Origin: Candidatus Altiarchaeota archaeon
Lineage (GTDB): Archaea; Altiarchaeota; Altiarchaeia; IMC4; SCGC-AAA252-I15
Direction of reading: 5' to 3'
DNA: 64,000 nucleotides
Assembly (NCBI GenBank): GCA_043800255.1
Contig: JAZDNF010000017.1
Coordinates: 27-64,026, forward strand
The notes under the pieces were generated by a model, which searched no databases, was not told the origin of the DNA, and worked only from the letters and a program-made list of their open reading frames with translations. Position 1 is the first letter of the stretch. Each line of letters starts with the position of its first letter. The position numbers and the translations under genes were made by a program. Shown here in pieces: positions 9,933 to 21,122 of this stretch.

Positions 9933-10444
9933 AACTCCCCCAACAAGTCAAGATACATTTCGACGTTCTTACCCCGCCTCTTTAACTCCTTGAAACCGTT
10001 CTTCCTGTAAAATTCGACCACATGAGGGTACGAGTGCACGACAACAAAACGGCATTCTATTTTCTTGGAGATTTTCCTGGCGAGGCCCAGTATAACACCA
10101 ATCATCTCCGTCCCGACATGATGACCCCTGTACCTTTTGTCCACCCCAAAACGTGCAATCAATATGGCCGGGAAAAGACCGTATCTTTTGCCTCTTTCCT
10201 CCAGTTTTTTCACAGCATCTCTGCCGGGTTTTATGGCAAACATGCCCCAACAAAAGAAGCCAATCGGGACCTTTTTGTATAGGAACAGATATGTCGTCGA
10301 TATTTTAGCCTGTGTATGACCTACCGCATCCTCTTTTAAGAATTCATTCAAGTCCTTGTCTCCGCAGTCAAAATCCTTAACACGCCCAATATTTCCATCA
10401 GTGAGCTTTACTACCCGGGCCTTACTTAAGACAAGTTCCACCAT
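9929..10444 (-). CDS. GNAT acetyltransferase, TacT/AtaT-like toxin type
   Basis: FDCGDKDLNEFL, PAILIARFGVDKRYRG and FYRKNGF motifs. Confidence 0.85.
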   Translation of the reverse strand: MVELVLSKARVVKLTDGNIGRVKDFDCGDKDLNEFLKEDAVGHTQAKISTTYLFLYKKVPIGFFCWGMFAIKPGRDAVKKLEERGKRYGLFPAILIARFGVDKRYRGHHVGTEMIGVILGLARKISKKIECRFVVVHSYPHVVEFYRKNGFKELKRRGKNVEMYLDLLGEF

Positions 10445-10653
10445 GATCTGTCAAATATGCTCTCAAGAGGGTATAAATCCTTGAACTTATTTCTACGCAA
10501 CCAACGGAAACAAAATCAGGTTCCAGCTGAGGGTTAATGATATTCCGCCCGCTTCTCTTTGGATAGCTTAGTATCGCATGGGGAGAAACTATTTATAAAT
10601 GTTTCTCTCTATGTAGTACGACAATTTTTTCTGTTCGGCAGCATCTGAAAAAA

Positions 10654-12213
10654 TCAGCCTTCGGCTCTCAATGCTTTCCCGGAGGAGAGGACGTTCAGCA
10701 GAAGCCTCCCGATATCGGAGTTTCTCTTGACTTTTATGGTGCCCGAATGGTTTACCTTGGACGAGAACAGGAAGCTGCCGTCAGCGTATACCTTGATATG
10801 CTGGCCCCTGGCCTGGGGAGCCCGTATGATGAACTGCTTCTTGGTTTGGGAGATTTCAACGCCTGATGAAGTCCTCTGCTGCTTCTGACTCCTCCCGACA
10901 GGTATTACTACAACCTCCTCCCCATAGGAGTACATCTCATACTCCGGACTGTTGGATTCGAAGTCCTTGATCTGTATCACAGGCCTCGAAAGGTCGGACT
11001 CTGTCATCCCGTGAGGCACTTTGACAGTCATGCCCAGAGCGTAGACCTTCTCAATCCTGCCGGCCTTCAGGAATATCAGCGTGTCAACAACATGAGGTAT
11101 GACGCCCAATTCGACCCTGCCGACAAGCCTCTGTATCGCATCGATGGCCTGGCTGGCGTGGGTCACGCCCACTAGGCCTACTCCGGCAAGGCGCATGTCA
11201 GCGAATACCTTGAAATCATGGGTCTTCCGCATCTCGTCAAATATGGTATAATCAGGCCTCACCAGGAGGAGGATGTCCCCCGTCTTGCTCATGTCCCCGC
11301 CCAACGCGGAATACTGGGTTATCTCATCGTCAACTTGTAAATCCCTGGGATTTTCCATCGTCTTCACTATCTTCCCCTTGAGCCTGTAGAATTCAGCGAG
11401 AGCCTGCACGAAGGTCGTCTTCCCAGCGCCTGGTGAGCCTGCGACAAAAACACCCTCAGCCCTGTTCCCCAGCCTCTCCGACAGTTTTTCCGATATCCCG
11501 TAATCTGAGAGCTTGGTCTTAACGAGCGGTTTGACTACAGTAAGCTCTATGCCGTCGCTGAAGGGCGGCCTCGTTATCACAATCCGATAGTCTTCCAACT
11601 GTATGACCGTGGCACCCCGCTCCTCCATCTCGATGTAACCTTGGGGGCTTGCCTTCGTGTACTCGACGACGTCTCTCACGATCTTGTCCAGGTCTTCCCT
11701 GCTAATCTTGTCGGCTACTTTGACCAGTTCGAACTCTCCGACACTGCCCTTCTTCGCGTATACTGGAACGCCCTCCTTCACATGCAGGGACATCGTCTGC
11801 CCGTCAAATAGGTCGAATATCTTAGGCTTGGATACCCTGACGATAGACTCCAGGTATTCCACCTGGATGTTCTTGGCCTCGGCGACGAGGGCCTGAACCC
11901 TGTCGCTGGTGACTAGAGTCGCAGCATGCTCTTCCGCGGTGTCCCGTATTATCTCATCTATCCTGCTGGTCTCCTTCCCCCTAGGATGCTCGCCGACGAA
12001 CTTGATGTTAGCGTTCTTCAGGCTTCCGAGCTCCTTCAATTCTTGTAAGCCGTCGAAGCCGGTCTCCCTTCCGAGATTAGCCTGATGCTCCAGCTCCGCG
12101 ACGACGGCATTCGGTATCAGGACTTCGACAGACTTCGTGGAATCTTTTATGAGCTGGGTTATCCTCCCGTCAACTATTACTGACGTGTCAGGCACGATTT
12201 TGTCTGCTTTCAT
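10654..12213 (-). CDS. PINc/VapC-domain ATPase (PINA, Holliday-junction branch-migration ATPase)
   Basis: N-terminal PIN (VPDTSVIVDG, ELEHQAN); Walker A GSPGAGKTT; PDYTIFDEMR; start set at MKADK. Confidence 0.92.
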   Translation of the reverse strand: MKADKIVPDTSVIVDGRITQLIKDSTKSVEVLIPNAVVAELEHQANLGRETGFDGLQELKELGSLKNANIKFVGEHPRGKETSRIDEIIRDTAEEHAATLVTSDRVQALVAEAKNIQVEYLESIVRVSKPKIFDLFDGQTMSLHVKEGVPVYAKKGSVGEFELVKVADKISREDLDKIVRDVVEYTKASPQGYIEMEERGATVIQLEDYRIVITRPPFSDGIELTVVKPLVKTKLSDYGISEKLSERLGNRAEGVFVAGSPGAGKTTFVQALAEFYRLKGKIVKTMENPRDLQVDDEITQYSALGGDMSKTGDILLLVRPDYTIFDEMRKTHDFKVFADMRLAGVGLVGVTHASQAIDAIQRLVGRVELGVIPHVVDTLIFLKAGRIEKVYALGMTVKVPHGMTESDLSRPVIQIKDFESNSPEYEMYSYGEEVVVIPVGRSQKQQRTSSGVEISQTKKQFIIRAPQARGQHIKVYADGSFLFSSKVNHSGTIKVKRNSDIGRLLLNVLSSGKALRAEG

Positions 12214-12289
12214 AGGATTCGACATCTGACGTAATGAAATACGACAGCTTTTATATGATGATTGCATAATATTATGAACCCGTCTTAAA

Positions 12290-12988
12290 ATGACGAAAGA
12301 ATACATCGCGAAAAACATAGCAGGCGAGATAACGCTTTCCGCAGAATGGCAGAACTCCATGCGAAAATGGAGGGAAATCTTCGGAGTATCCCAGATAAAT
12401 CTCGCCCGCCATCTTGACATGTCACCCTCGGTGATATCAGACTACGAGTCCGGGAGGAGGAAGTCACCAGGCATAGGCTTCGTAAGGAGGGTGGTTGACG
12501 GTCTGATAGACATTGACCTGGAAGAGGGAGGGGATGTGATAAAAAAACTCGCCCTGAAGCCGGAAACGGAAGCCATACTGGACATGAGGGAATTCCTGAA
12601 CCCCATAGACGCCGAAATCATGATAAAAAAGCTGAGGGGGAAGACCATAGCAAACAAGAACCTGACCAACAGGAAACTCTGGGGTTACACGGTCATAGAC
12701 AGCATCAAAGCCATACTGGAGATGTCTGAGATAGACTTCCCCAGGATATACGGGTCGACAACCCAGAGGGCGCTGATATTCACAAAAGTGAAGATGGGAC
12801 GCTCCCCTATGATAGCGTTGAAGGTAACCCAGCCCAAGCCGAGCATGGTCATCTTCCACGGGCTGGAACCGAAGAGCGTGGACAAGCTTGCCGTGAAAAT
12901 AGCGAAGATGGAGAACATACCGCTCGTGGTGTCAACATTGGAGTCTGAAGACGAGCTCATGGAAAAATTGAGGTTGATTGAGACATGA
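12290..12988 (+). CDS. Archaeal XRE-HTH transcriptional regulator (COG1709-like)
   Basis: IAGEITLS...KWREIF...[15 protein letters not shown]; [17 protein letters not shown]; first gene of the mevalonate operon. Confidence 0.88.
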   Translation: MTKEYIAKNIAGEITLSAEWQNSMRKWREIFGVSQINLARHLDMSPSVISDYESGRRKSPGIGFVRRVVDGLIDIDLEEGGDVIKKLALKPETEAILDMREFLNPIDAEIMIKKLRGKTIANKNLTNRKLWGYTVIDSIKAILEMSEIDFPRIYGSTTQRALIFTKVKMGRSPMIALKVTQPKPSMVIFHGLEPKSVDKLAVKIAKMENIPLVVSTLESEDELMEKLRLIET

Positions 12989-14022
12989 AAGTGGGCATAG
13001 TAGGATACGGCGCGTACATACCAAGGTACAGGATAAAGGTCGAGGAGATAGCCAAGGTATGGGGAGACGACGCTGAACGGATAAAAAGCGGGTTGAACGT
13101 GTTCGAGAAGAGCGTGCCATCGTATGATGAAGACACGGTGACAATCTCCGTTGAAGCTGCGAGAAATGCCATACAGTACGCTGGAATAAAGCCTGCTGAC
13201 ATCGGGGCGATCTATGTCGGCTCAGAATCGCACCCCTACGCCGTCAAGCCGACTGCGACCATAGTTGCCGACGCCATAGAGGCGACGCCGGAGCTGACTG
13301 CCGCAGACTTCGAGTTCGCCTGCAAGGCTGGGACAGCGGCCATACAGGCATGCATGGGACTGGTTGCCGGAGGCTACATCAAGTACGGCATGGCCATAGG
13401 AGCTGACACCTCGCAGGGCAGGCCTGGAGACGCCTTAGAGTATACAGCATCAGCCGGCGGGGCCGCGTACATCATAGGCAGCAAGGACGTTATCGCTGAG
13501 ATAAAAGACACATACTCTTACACCACAGACACTCCGGACTTCTGGAGGAGAGAAGGGCAGGAGTACCCGCAGCACGGCTCAAGGTTCACAGGCGAGCCCG
13601 CATACTTCAAACACGTCATAAGCTGCGCTGAAGGCATCATGAAGAGGAACGGCATGAAGCCATCAGACTTTGACCATCTAGTGCTGCACCAGCCTAACGG
13701 GAAGTTCCCCCTCAGGGCTGCGAAGAAGATGGGCTTCGACATGAAGCAGATAGAGACAAGCCTTCTTACTCCGAGAATTGGGAACACCTACTCAGGCTCA
13801 AGCCCTCTGGGGCTGGCCAGAGTGTTGGACACTGCAAAGAAGGGAGACATCATACTGTTGACTTCTTATGGTTCGGGAGCAGGCTCGGACAGTTTCATAA
13901 TAAAGGTCGTAAGGAAGAAGAAAAATCACAGGCCAGTGGAAGGCTACATAAAGAACAAAGAATACGTGGACTACGCAATCTACGCCAAGCTCAAGAGAAA
14001 ACTGAAGGGTGTCGGACAATGA
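12985..14022 (+). CDS. hmgB: Hydroxymethylglutaryl-CoA synthase
   Basis: [11 protein letters not shown], catalytic [31 protein letters not shown]. Confidence 0.95.
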   Translation: MKVGIVGYGAYIPRYRIKVEEIAKVWGDDAERIKSGLNVFEKSVPSYDEDTVTISVEAARNAIQYAGIKPADIGAIYVGSESHPYAVKPTATIVADAIEATPELTAADFEFACKAGTAAIQACMGLVAGGYIKYGMAIGADTSQGRPGDALEYTASAGGAAYIIGSKDVIAEIKDTYSYTTDTPDFWRREGQEYPQHGSRFTGEPAYFKHVISCAEGIMKRNGMKPSDFDHLVLHQPNGKFPLRAAKKMGFDMKQIETSLLTPRIGNTYSGSSPLGLARVLDTAKKGDIILLTSYGSGAGSDSFIIKVVRKKKNHRPVEGYIKNKEYVDYAIYAKLKRKLKGVGQ

Positions 14023-15179
14023 AAAGAGTGGGGATCATAGGAGTCGGACTGACGAAATTCGGAGAATACTGGGAGAAGGGCCTCAGAGACCTTATAGTAG
14101 AGGCAGGCATGAAGGCGATAAAGGACGCGAACGTTGAAGGCAGAGACATAGACGCAGGATACGTCGGGTCAATGTCGCCAGGCCTGTTCATAGGCCAGGA
14201 GCACATCGGAGCCCTGGTGGCAGACTACGTCGGATTGACCGGCGTGCCAGCGACAAGGGTCGAGGCAGCCTGCGCATCAGGAGGCCTCGCGCTGAGGCAA
14301 GCCTACCTTTCAATAAAGGCTGAAGAGCATGACATCGTCGTCGCCGGAGGGGTTGAGAAGATGACCGACATCTCCATAGGAGATGCAACGGTCGCGCTCT
14401 CCGGGGCAGGGGATCAGGAGTGGGAGGCGTTCCACGGCGCGACGTTCCCTGCACTGTATGCGCTGATAGCGAGAAGACATATGAAACTTTACGGCACAAC
14501 CGAAGAGCATCTTGCCATGGTCGCCGTGAAAAACCATGAGAATGCGATGCACAACCCAAACGCTCAGTACCACATGCCGATAACGGTAAAGGACGTGATG
14601 GAGTCCGCGCCCATCGCAACACCGCTGAAGCTTTTAGACTGCTCCCCAATATCCGACGGAGCTGCTGTCGTCATAATGGCATCAGAGAAAAAATGCGACG
14701 AGCTGAACGCAAAGCCGATATGGATCACAGGCTCAGGCCAAGCATCAGACACCCTTGCATTGCATGACAGGAAATATCCTCACAAGAGCATGGCGACCGC
14801 CCTAGCCGCAAAGACAGCGTACAGGAATGCCGGCAGGAAACCGGATGACATGGACTTCGCCGAAGTCCACGATTGTTTCACGATAGCCGAGCTTCTAGCG
14901 ATAGAGGCGCTGAGTTTCTGCGAGTTCGGGGAAGGAGGGAAGTTCACGCAGACTGGCGAGACGTCCCTGAAGGGGAGCATACCTGTCAACACCTCAGGCG
15001 GCCTGAAGGCGAAAGGCCATCCTGTCGGCGCAACAGGCATAGCCCAGGCGATTGAGGCTGTGCTGCAGCTGAGAGGCGAGGCCGGCAAGAGGCAGGTTAG
15101 GGGGGCGAAGGTGGGGCTCACGCATAATGTTGGCGGCTCGGGAGCGACCGCCGCAGTACACATATTCGAAAAGGATTAA
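14019..15179 (+). CDS. Acetoacetyl-CoA thiolase (archaeal type)
   Basis: [30 protein letters not shown]; between HMGS and DUF35 genes. Confidence 0.95.
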   Translation: MKRVGIIGVGLTKFGEYWEKGLRDLIVEAGMKAIKDANVEGRDIDAGYVGSMSPGLFIGQEHIGALVADYVGLTGVPATRVEAACASGGLALRQAYLSIKAEEHDIVVAGGVEKMTDISIGDATVALSGAGDQEWEAFHGATFPALYALIARRHMKLYGTTEEHLAMVAVKNHENAMHNPNAQYHMPITVKDVMESAPIATPLKLLDCSPISDGAAVVIMASEKKCDELNAKPIWITGSGQASDTLALHDRKYPHKSMATALAAKTAYRNAGRKPDDMDFAEVHDCFTIAELLAIEALSFCEFGEGGKFTQTGETSLKGSIPVNTSGGLKAKGHPVGATGIAQAIEAVLQLRGEAGKRQVRGAKVGLTHNVGGSGATAAVHIFEKD

Positions 15180-15180
15180 G

Positions 15181-15582
15181 ATGACCCAAGGACTACCGCT
15201 GCACTGGAGGCTGATAAGCCAGAGGTACAATATCGTCGGGAGCGAGTGCACAACGTGCGGGCAACACTTCTTCCCGAAGAGGAAATTATGCCCGGAATGC
15301 AGGCGTAAGGGAGAGATAGTGGATTACAGGTTCTCAGGGAAGGGCGTCGTCTACTCGCACACCACAATATACGCTCCTCCGACAGGCTACGATATCCAGA
15401 AGCCGTACGTGCTTGCGATAGTCAAATTGAACGAGGGCCCTAGGATAACCGCCCAAGTCGTGGACTGCAACCCGGATGATATAAGGATAGGCACACGCGT
15501 TGAAGCGATTCTCAGAAGGATAAAATCACAGCCTGAAGAGGGGATAATAAGGTACGCCTACAAGTTCAGACCCCTCAGATAA
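15181..15582 (+). CDS. DUF35 Zn-ribbon/OB-fold scaffold of the thiolase-HMGS complex
   Basis: CTTCG...CPEC Zn ribbon, OB fold, IRYAYKFRP end; start at MTQGLP. Confidence 0.92.
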   Translation: MTQGLPLHWRLISQRYNIVGSECTTCGQHFFPKRKLCPECRRKGEIVDYRFSGKGVVYSHTTIYAPPTGYDIQKPYVLAIVKLNEGPRITAQVVDCNPDDIRIGTRVEAILRRIKSQPEEGIIRYAYKFRPLR

Positions 15583-15681
15583 CTTCTTCATGTTTGGAGA
15601 CACACTGGTGAGCAGAATAAAATGGCTTCCAAAGAGCATTGGATTCGGATTGGTAGCGCTATTGATGCCAACAGCAGGACT

Positions 15682-17010
15682 CTAATCTCTGATCCCCAAT
15701 AGCATGGAATTACACTTCAGGCTAGTACGCCATCCAGGTGGCGTATAATCCCTATTCAATTCGAAGATCTTAAGGTAGTACGTGGATACATTCTCATCTT
15801 CCTCGATAAGTTTCGTCCTCCGGTTGGTATAGTAGTATATCTGATAGCCCTCATACATGCTCGGAGTTGCAATTATCTCGTCTTCTGGAGTGTTATTAAT
15901 GACCCAGTTGAATATGTCCTCCCTGCATTGGGTTCCCTTGTCCATAAACGGGGGGTTTACAATTATGTCACATAGGCCATAGGGTATGAAAGCCAATGAA
16001 GCAATAATGCTGTAAACAAGGTATAATGATATTACAGAAGATGTCATCTCTTTTCTGACTACGCTTTTCGCCGCTAACACAGACAGGGGGAAAATCGCAG
16101 ATATGACATATCTGCCCGAGAACGTGAAAAGCAGCGGGGTCAACATTACAAGGTAATGCGTGAGAACGTCATTAGGCATTTTGTGTCCTCGGAGACCGAA
16201 CATTATCAGAACAAAGAATATGAAGACTGCGCCAATGGCACTGGGTATAGACTGATGGAATAGGGTATAGCCAAGAATGCCGCGAATCATATCAGGACTG
16301 CATTGACCGGCAGTTCTAAAAGCAAACTCAGTTGGCAGAATGCAAGAGTAGTTATGTAGGAAAAAAGGGCCTAATTGAATGGCCAATCCAGCTGCTCCCG
16401 TAATAAGATAGGCTGTAAGCTGCCTTCTGTTTTTTCTTATTATGAGTGTATGGGATACTAAAGCGCCTAGGATCAGGAATGGAGCCCAAGGATGGTTTAA
16501 AAACATCAGTATCAGAATCAATGAAGACAATAGTGTTGCACCCCGTCGGTAGCATAATAATAGCACTACTAACAGAATACCTTCAAGGGTTTCTGGCACA
16601 GCTTCATGGAATCTTCGTATGAAGGTGAAATGAGTTGCCATAAAGGCCAACGCGACTACGGCAGTTTTTTCACCATGACATTTTTCGATGTAATAATAGA
16701 ATAACAATAGTAGGATAGGATATGCTAAAACCTGCCACATTATGGTGGTAGGGTATAAGTTATTCTCATCCCAGAATGAAAGCAGAGCAAGTAACAGGTG
16801 AAAAAGAGGGGGATAAGTATTCGGCATGCCGTCTGGTGCGAACAGCCAGAAATGTTTTTCCACTAGCGATTCGCCGGAACGGATTATCTCGCGGGCGAGA
16901 TTCAGATGGTAGTAGACGTCAACGTTTACTATAATTCTGTAAGAGTTTGGGAAAATGAGAACTGAAAAAAGAGATAGAAAAATTACATATACAAATGCTC
17001 CTTTGTTCAT
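15682..17010 (-). CDS. GT-C fold multi-pass membrane glycosyltransferase-like protein
   Basis: DVYYHL, YPPLFHLL, many TM helices, WVINNTPEDEII C-terminal domain; AT-rich. Confidence 0.7.
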   Translation of the reverse strand: MNKGAFVYVIFLSLFSVLIFPNSYRIIVNVDVYYHLNLAREIIRSGESLVEKHFWLFAPDGMPNTYPPLFHLLLALLSFWDENNLYPTTIMWQVLAYPILLLLFYYYIEKCHGEKTAVVALAFMATHFTFIRRFHEAVPETLEGILLVVLLLCYRRGATLLSSLILILMFLNHPWAPFLILGALVSHTLIIRKNRRQLTAYLITGAAGLAIQLGPFFLHNYSCILPTEFAFRTAGQCSPDMIRGILGYTLFHQSIPSAIGAVFIFFVLIMFGLRGHKMPNDVLTHYLVMLTPLLFTFSGRYVISAIFPLSVLAAKSVVRKEMTSSVISLYLVYSIIASLAFIPYGLCDIIVNPPFMDKGTQCREDIFNWVINNTPEDEIIATPSMYEGYQIYYYTNRRTKLIEEDENVSTYYLKIFELNRDYTPPGWRTSLKCNSMLLGIRD

Positions 17011-17211
17011 CTAAGCCACCACCTATCCTAGGGGGTTATGTCATACCTTTTTGGATTTTGGTTTAATATGTTCATACGCTAACCACCTAACACTACTGAG
17101 AGTATATGAGGAAAGTAGTGGCTGGTATACATACGCTAGGCTTATGAATCCAGATATCAGTTGTATTCCATGTCAAACCAGATTGCAAAAAATACCGAGG
17201 GAGTAGAAATC

Positions 17212-17937
17212 TCATATAATGTACTTCTCCTTTAATCTTCGAAAAAACCCTTTTAGGAGCAGAGCAGATACCGTTATGCTAAATGACGTAATATCAAGCT
17301 TTGACTTCTCAACACTATAAATCGGGTCGACTGGAACGTCCGTTAGTCTTACTTTATGGATATTCATCTCAATAAGCAAGTCGTTCTCGAAACCGTATCT
17401 TTTGTACAGTTTTTCCCAATTGATTCTTATTATCGTGTCTCTTGAGATCGCAGTATAACCGCACTGGGGATCCATGATATTCCAATAGCCACTCGCAACT
17501 TTAGTGAATATGGCAAGAAGGTGATTGCCTATGTATCTGATACCAGGCATTATGTTTTTTACCTCTTTTTCGAGTAATCGGTTACCTTTCACGTAATCAG
17601 CGTCACCATTCACCACTGGATCCAAAACAGCTGGAAGATTCAAGGGGTTCATCTGACTGTCACCATCCATTACTGCTGTAATATCCATCTCAAGTTCTAG
17701 AGATTTTTTATAACCTGAGACTATTGCAGCGCCAACGCCATTATTGATTTCATGTCTTATTAGCAGAATCCTTGGATCCTTCACCATACTAACAATCCTC
17801 GAAGTACTATCCTCACTACCATCATCTACTACGACAATCTTATCCACGTAATCTGGAATACCCTCTAATGTCTTCGCTATAAGTTTCTCCTCGTTATAGG
17901 CTGGCACAACAACACAAATTTTTTTGTTCTTGTACAT
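17212..17937 (-). CDS. Glycosyltransferase family 2 (DPM-synthase-like)
   Basis: VVPAYNEE, VVDDGSED, MDGDSQ, DPQCGY motifs; start at MYKNKK. Confidence 0.9.
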   Translation of the reverse strand: MYKNKKICVVVPAYNEEKLIAKTLEGIPDYVDKIVVVDDGSEDSTSRIVSMVKDPRILLIRHEINNGVGAAIVSGYKKSLELEMDITAVMDGDSQMNPLNLPAVLDPVVNGDADYVKGNRLLEKEVKNIMPGIRYIGNHLLAIFTKVASGYWNIMDPQCGYTAISRDTIIRINWEKLYKRYGFENDLLIEMNIHKVRLTDVPVDPIYSVEKSKLDITSFSITVSALLLKGFFRRLKEKYII

Positions 17938-18014
17938 TTTACATTCCAGCTCTCCGCTAAGTGCTGCCAAAAGATTAAAGAATCAATATAATATATTCAG
18001 GCTATATTGATAAT

Positions 18015-18434
18015 ATGGCCGAGCAGAAGAAAAAGGCGAATCTTTACTCTTACCTGGGAACCTCTTTCAGCGAGGGTGGGAAGTTCAAGGACGCCAGATT
18101 GGAGGGCATCTCAGGGCTGGGAAAGTTCAAGAAGGGAGGGGACGTCTACAGCAAAAACGTTGATGACCTGATCAACCAGAACAGGAAGATCAAAAGCACC
18201 CTCTACGGTAAGGAAACCGGCTTCGAAAGCGAGAAAGGCCTTCTCGGCGGTAGGAACCTGTTCCGGGAGTCGATAATCGAGAAGAAGAATCCGTTCAGCA
18301 GGGACAAGGAGTCGGAACCAGATGGAAAGCTTAAGGGTTTAGGCAAGCAGAAGACAGAAGAGAAAGAGGAGGATGGTGAGAAGACGCGGGACGCGCTGAT
18401 TGCCATGAGATCCCGCTTCCGCCGGATAAGGTAA
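18015..18434 (+). CDS. Hypothetical charged protein
   Basis: 139-aa ORF with host-like codon usage directly upstream of pcm. Confidence 0.6.
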   Translation: MAEQKKKANLYSYLGTSFSEGGKFKDARLEGISGLGKFKKGGDVYSKNVDDLINQNRKIKSTLYGKETGFESEKGLLGGRNLFRESIIEKKNPFSRDKESEPDGKLKGLGKQKTEEKEEDGEKTRDALIAMRSRFRRIR

Positions 18435-18443
18435 ATCTGACAG

Positions 18444-19085
18444 ATGGACTGCAGGTCTGAGAGGCTGAAACTTGTTGAAAAACTGAAGTCGAGAGGCTAC
18501 CTGAAGAGTGCGGAAGTTATCGAGGCGTTCAAAAAGGTTCCGAGGGAGGAGTTCGTGCCCGACAGGCTGAAGGGGAGCGCCTACGTTGACAGTCCTCTTC
18601 CAATAGGCTCGGACCAGACCATATCAGCCCCGCATATGGTCGCCATAATGACCGAAGCGCTGGAGGCGAAGCCGACGGACAAGGTTCTTGAGATAGGCGC
18701 CGGCTCAGGATACCAGGCGGCAATACTGGCGGAGATAGTAACCGATGGCAGGATTTACACGATTGAGAGGATAACTGAGCTCGCATTCTACGCTAGAGAG
18801 AAGCTGAAAAGGTTAGGATACGCCAACGTCGAAGTCAGAGTAGGAGATGGCACCCTAGGGCTGGAAGAGCAGGCACCCTATGACAGGATCATAGTCACCG
18901 CAGGATCTCCAAGAGTCCCGGAAAAGCTGGTAGAACAGCTTGCAGAAGGTGGCAGGCTTCTCGTGCCGGCTGGGGGGAGGTTCTATCAGAATCTGATACG
19001 CGTTGACAAGCGGGAGGGGAAGATTATGGAAAAAGACCTGGGAGGCTGCGTGTTCGTCCCCCTGATAGGGAAAGACGGGTGGTGA
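18444..19085 (+). CDS. pcm: Protein-L-isoaspartate O-methyltransferase
   Basis: VPREEF, QTISAPHMV, LEIGAGSGYQAA, APYDRIIVTAG, FVPLIG. Confidence 0.95.
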   Translation: MDCRSERLKLVEKLKSRGYLKSAEVIEAFKKVPREEFVPDRLKGSAYVDSPLPIGSDQTISAPHMVAIMTEALEAKPTDKVLEIGAGSGYQAAILAEIVTDGRIYTIERITELAFYAREKLKRLGYANVEVRVGDGTLGLEEQAPYDRIIVTAGSPRVPEKLVEQLAEGGRLLVPAGGRFYQNLIRVDKREGKIMEKDLGGCVFVPLIGKDGW

Positions 19086-19508
19086 TCAGACGCGTATATC
19101 CATCTTTGAGCCCTCTATTATGCCGTTCTGCGCTGAGAAGTTGGCACTAACTTCGAGGACATAAGACGCCTGTGCCTCGGGATTGTAGAGCGGGCAGGGC
19201 TCAGCCTCGCATGGGGGGACGTTTGACTCAACGTGCACGACAGTGCCGTCAGAAGAAAGCCATAGCATGTCGATCGGGAAGTTCATGTTCTTCATCCAGA
19301 AGGTGTAGACGCCATCGTTCTTGAATACGAAAAGCATGCCATAGTCAGGCTCTATAGTATCCCTGAACATCAGGCCCTTCGAGTGCTCTTGAGGGCTGTC
19401 AGCTATTTCGACTTTTATGCACCTGCTATTCTCAAAACACACGCTGGGCTCGGTTTTCAGGCAACCAGAAAGCAGGACTAACAGGATAATGGCAGCGGTT
19501 ACCTTCAT
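19086..19508 (-). CDS. DUF192 family lipoprotein
   Basis: LLSGC lipobox; GLMFR, GMLFVF, FWMKNMNFPIDMLW, YVLEV; start MKVTA overlaps prs stop. Confidence 0.9.
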   Translation of the reverse strand: MKVTAAIILLVLLSGCLKTEPSVCFENSRCIKVEIADSPQEHSKGLMFRDTIEPDYGMLFVFKNDGVYTFWMKNMNFPIDMLWLSSDGTVVHVESNVPPCEAEPCPLYNPEAQASYVLEVSANFSAQNGIIEGSKMDIRV

Positions 19509-20365
19509 CGCTTTAGGTCTCCTGCGATAATGTCCGACACGCTTACCTTGCTTATCGGCGTCTGCAGCGTGTTGGTGCAGACAAGCCGGTCCACAGTCCC
19601 CTTGAACTGCTCTATGCCATTCAAGAAGAGGCCGTGAACGCATCCCACGTTGATGCTCTGGGGCTTCCAGCCGCGTATCACCTTCGCAGCCTCTGCTATG
19701 GTGCCGCCGGTCGATATCATGTCATCCAATATGAGGATGTCATTCCTCGTAACATCAAGTTCCTTGGATTTTATTATTACTTCCTTCCCGGAGACCCTCT
19801 TCTTCTGCAGGTGGTTGAATTCGCAGTCTAGCAGTTCGGCAGCCTCCTGGGCATATGGCATGGAACCCTTGTCGGGGGCTATCACAAGAGGCCTCCTTAT
19901 CTTGTCCCTGAAGTAGTCAACGATCTGCGGGATCGCATCAAGATTCCTTATGCGCACGGAATGGTAGACTCGCTCATCAGACTCCCTCAAAAAGTGGCAG
20001 TTCACGGTTGTGATATCGTCCGAAAGCTCGTCAAGGACTTTAAGCAGTGTCTTTGCGCTCAACGCCTCGCCCTTCTTGAAGCGTTTGTCCTGCCGTGAGT
20101 ATATCATGTAAGGAAGCACTGTGTGGATCAGCCTAGCGCCGCTGTCCCTCAACGCGTCTAAGGTAAGGATAAGCTCTATTAAATCGTCAGACGTTCTAGT
20201 CCTCTTTATGACAGCCAGCTCCTCCCCCTTGACGTCGGAGTCGACCCGGACGTATAATTCACCGTCCGGGAACTTCTGAACCTCAAGTTTTCCCAGCCCC
20301 GCATTCAGATTTTTCGAGACCTCCCATGCGAGGTCCTCAGAATTCGAAGAGCCGAAGACTAGCAT
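19505..20365 (-). CDS. prs: Ribose-phosphate pyrophosphokinase (archaeal class III)
   Basis: FPDGELYVR, YSRQDKRF, APDKG, LDDMISTGGT. Confidence 0.95.
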   Translation of the reverse strand: MLVFGSSNSEDLAWEVSKNLNAGLGKLEVQKFPDGELYVRVDSDVKGEELAVIKRTRTSDDLIELILTLDALRDSGARLIHTVLPYMIYSRQDKRFKKGEALSAKTLLKVLDELSDDITTVNCHFLRESDERVYHSVRIRNLDAIPQIVDYFRDKIRRPLVIAPDKGSMPYAQEAAELLDCEFNHLQKKRVSGKEVIIKSKELDVTRNDILILDDMISTGGTIAEAAKVIRGWKPQSINVGCVHGLFLNGIEQFKGTVDRLVCTNTLQTPISKVSVSDIIAGDLKR

Positions 20366-20394
20366 GATTATATATCACATACCTGCTTTAAAAC

Positions 20395-21063
20395 TCAGTT
20401 CTTAAGCGAGGCTTTCACAACGGAAATGTGGCCTGAAACGCCGTCCCAGACCGTCTTGTAGTCCGACACTTTTACCTCCCTCGTAAAGGTCGGTCCAAAG
20501 GTTACGAGGGTTTCATACTCTCCGCCCTCTCCGGCAACGTTTATTCCGTGCTTTTCTGACAGCCTCTGCAATTCTTGAAGCGCTTCGGCATCCAATACCC
20601 TGCCAAGCCACTCCCTGGAAAGGCCGTCAGCGTATACTCCGACAAACATTATCTTAAAACCTGCTGAAAGCATGTCCTCCAAGAGCGTGTGAGGCCTCTT
20701 GTGCCAGAGCGGCGCGAACGAGCGGATACCAAGCTCCTCGCAGACTCCGTCCAGGCGGGTCTTCTGGTATTCTGAGGCAACAGCCCCAGACACGATGCCA
20801 TCCACCTTCCTGCCAGCCAGCAGCTCCCGCAACTGGGAGACTTCCTCCTCCTTTACGCCGGAGACTGTTTTCTTCCGGTGGGGCAGCCCCAGTGATTCAG
20901 CCTGCAGTGTGGTTAGGTCAACGCAGGGCTTGTGGAACATGTAGCTGTCATCTCGTTCAGGCTTCAACGTCAGAAGTTCAGTCACATCCCACCCCTGGTT
21001 CAGCGCCCAGTATAATGCGTAGTTCGAATCCTTCCCGCCGCTGTACAATACAGTGACCTTCAT
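20395..21063 (-). CDS. dph6: Diphthine--ammonia ligase (PP-loop)
   Basis: [21 protein letters not shown]. Confidence 0.9.
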   Translation of the reverse strand: MKVTVLYSGGKDSNYALYWALNQGWDVTELLTLKPERDDSYMFHKPCVDLTTLQAESLGLPHRKKTVSGVKEEEVSQLRELLAGRKVDGIVSGAVASEYQKTRLDGVCEELGIRSFAPLWHKRPHTLLEDMLSAGFKIMFVGVYADGLSREWLGRVLDAEALQELQRLSEKHGINVAGEGGEYETLVTFGPTFTREVKVSDYKTVWDGVSGHISVVKASLKN

Positions 21064-21122
21064 TTTATTTTTTAAACATTTACTCTAATCTTTATTATTC
21101 TCATGTTATATGGGGTGATATT

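Noticed and set aside
10654-12420. Long N-terminal extensions given by the ORF track (also 6764, 19643, 27058, 42790, 60741, 61249)
   Set aside because: They overlap neighbouring genes; downstream ATGs fit family N-termini, RBS positions and stop-start coupling better.
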